A stretch of DNA of 61,454 bases, counting the filler. It is 5 parts of 5 records of this genome, joined end to end, with 100 filler letters (N's around TTAATTAATTAA, not from the genome) between each part and the next. Parts side by side here need not be neighbours in the genome. Positions count along the whole stretch, not along the records: positions 54,273 to 61,454 come from SRR31156797_11844; 4 more parts are not named here. One strand, written 5' to 3'. The first letter of the stretch is position 1; each line of letters begins with the position of its first letter. The position numbers were made by a program, and so were the translations under genes. A model generated the notes under the pieces. It saw only the letters and a program-made list of their open reading frames with translations, was not told where the DNA came from and did no database searches. This document shows, one piece after another, positions 61,233 to 61,454 of the stretch.

Positions 61233-61454
61233 ATGAGAAAATTACTTTGTATAACCCTGATAATGTTTTCAATTGCTGCCAATGCTCAATTGGAACATGA
61301 AATAACAGGCTATGTTTGGCCTACTGACAAACAAGTGCTTCAGAAGTTAGAAGATTGGCAAGATTTAAAGTTTGGATTATTAATGCACTGGGGTGCCTAC
61401 AGCCAATGGGGAGTTGTTGAATCATGGTCGATCTGCCCGGAAGATTACGGCTGG
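61233..61454 (+). CDS. GH29 alpha-L-fucosidase, N-terminal fragment
   Basis: Manual translation MRKLLCITLIMFSIAANAQ...WQDLKFGLLMHWGAYSQWGVVESWSICPED; absent from ORF track. Confidence 0.9.
   Translation, partial: MRKLLCITLIMFSIAANAQLEHEITGYVWPTDKQVLQKLEDWQDLKFGLLMHWGAYSQWGVVESWSICPEDYGW

Overview
This window is not one genome. It is five unrelated contigs joined by 100-nt spacers (N44-TTAATTAATTAA-N44) at 20099-20198, 26431-26530, 46187-46286 and 54173-54272. Taxonomic labels below are inferred from gene content and composition. (1) 1-20098, Enterococcus-like: csp end, HD nucleotidase, SDR, dinG-DUF5590-aspB-asnS, then a visibly AT-richer wall-teichoic-acid-type locus ending in a GW-domain amidase. 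(2) 20199-26430, high-GC alphaproteobacterium: Na+/solute symporter coupled to an atypical Cys-rich metallophosphoesterase, an exported TRAP-binding-protein/SH3/caspase fusion, and an ABC transporter. (3) 26531-46186, Bacteroidales: secreted proteins (two share an unnamed duplicated 'GWN' C-terminal module), ECF sigma plus trans-envelope anti-sigma, TIGR03790-T9SS protein, an ATPase behind a 37-bp repeat array, NA37 protein, VPS10-like protein, hicB with a nonsense-inactivated hicA, and a beta-propeller sensor kinase. (4) 46287-54172, Desulfobacterota-like: MCP, FlxA-like, PEP-CTERM-type protein, M20 peptidase, DRE-TIM synthase, cobalamin riboswitch-cbiK, a His-repeat protein, cobO, GGDEF. (5) 54273-61454, Bacteroidales (Prolixibacteraceae-like): thioesterase, GH97, hybrid kinase, miaA, cutC, GH29. 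Best novelty candidates: the DctP-SH3-caspase fusion, the shared GWN C-terminal module, the His-repeat protein between cbiK and cobO, the symporter/remodelled phosphoesterase pair, and the repeat-array ATPase. All family calls come from motif recognition by eye; no searches were run.
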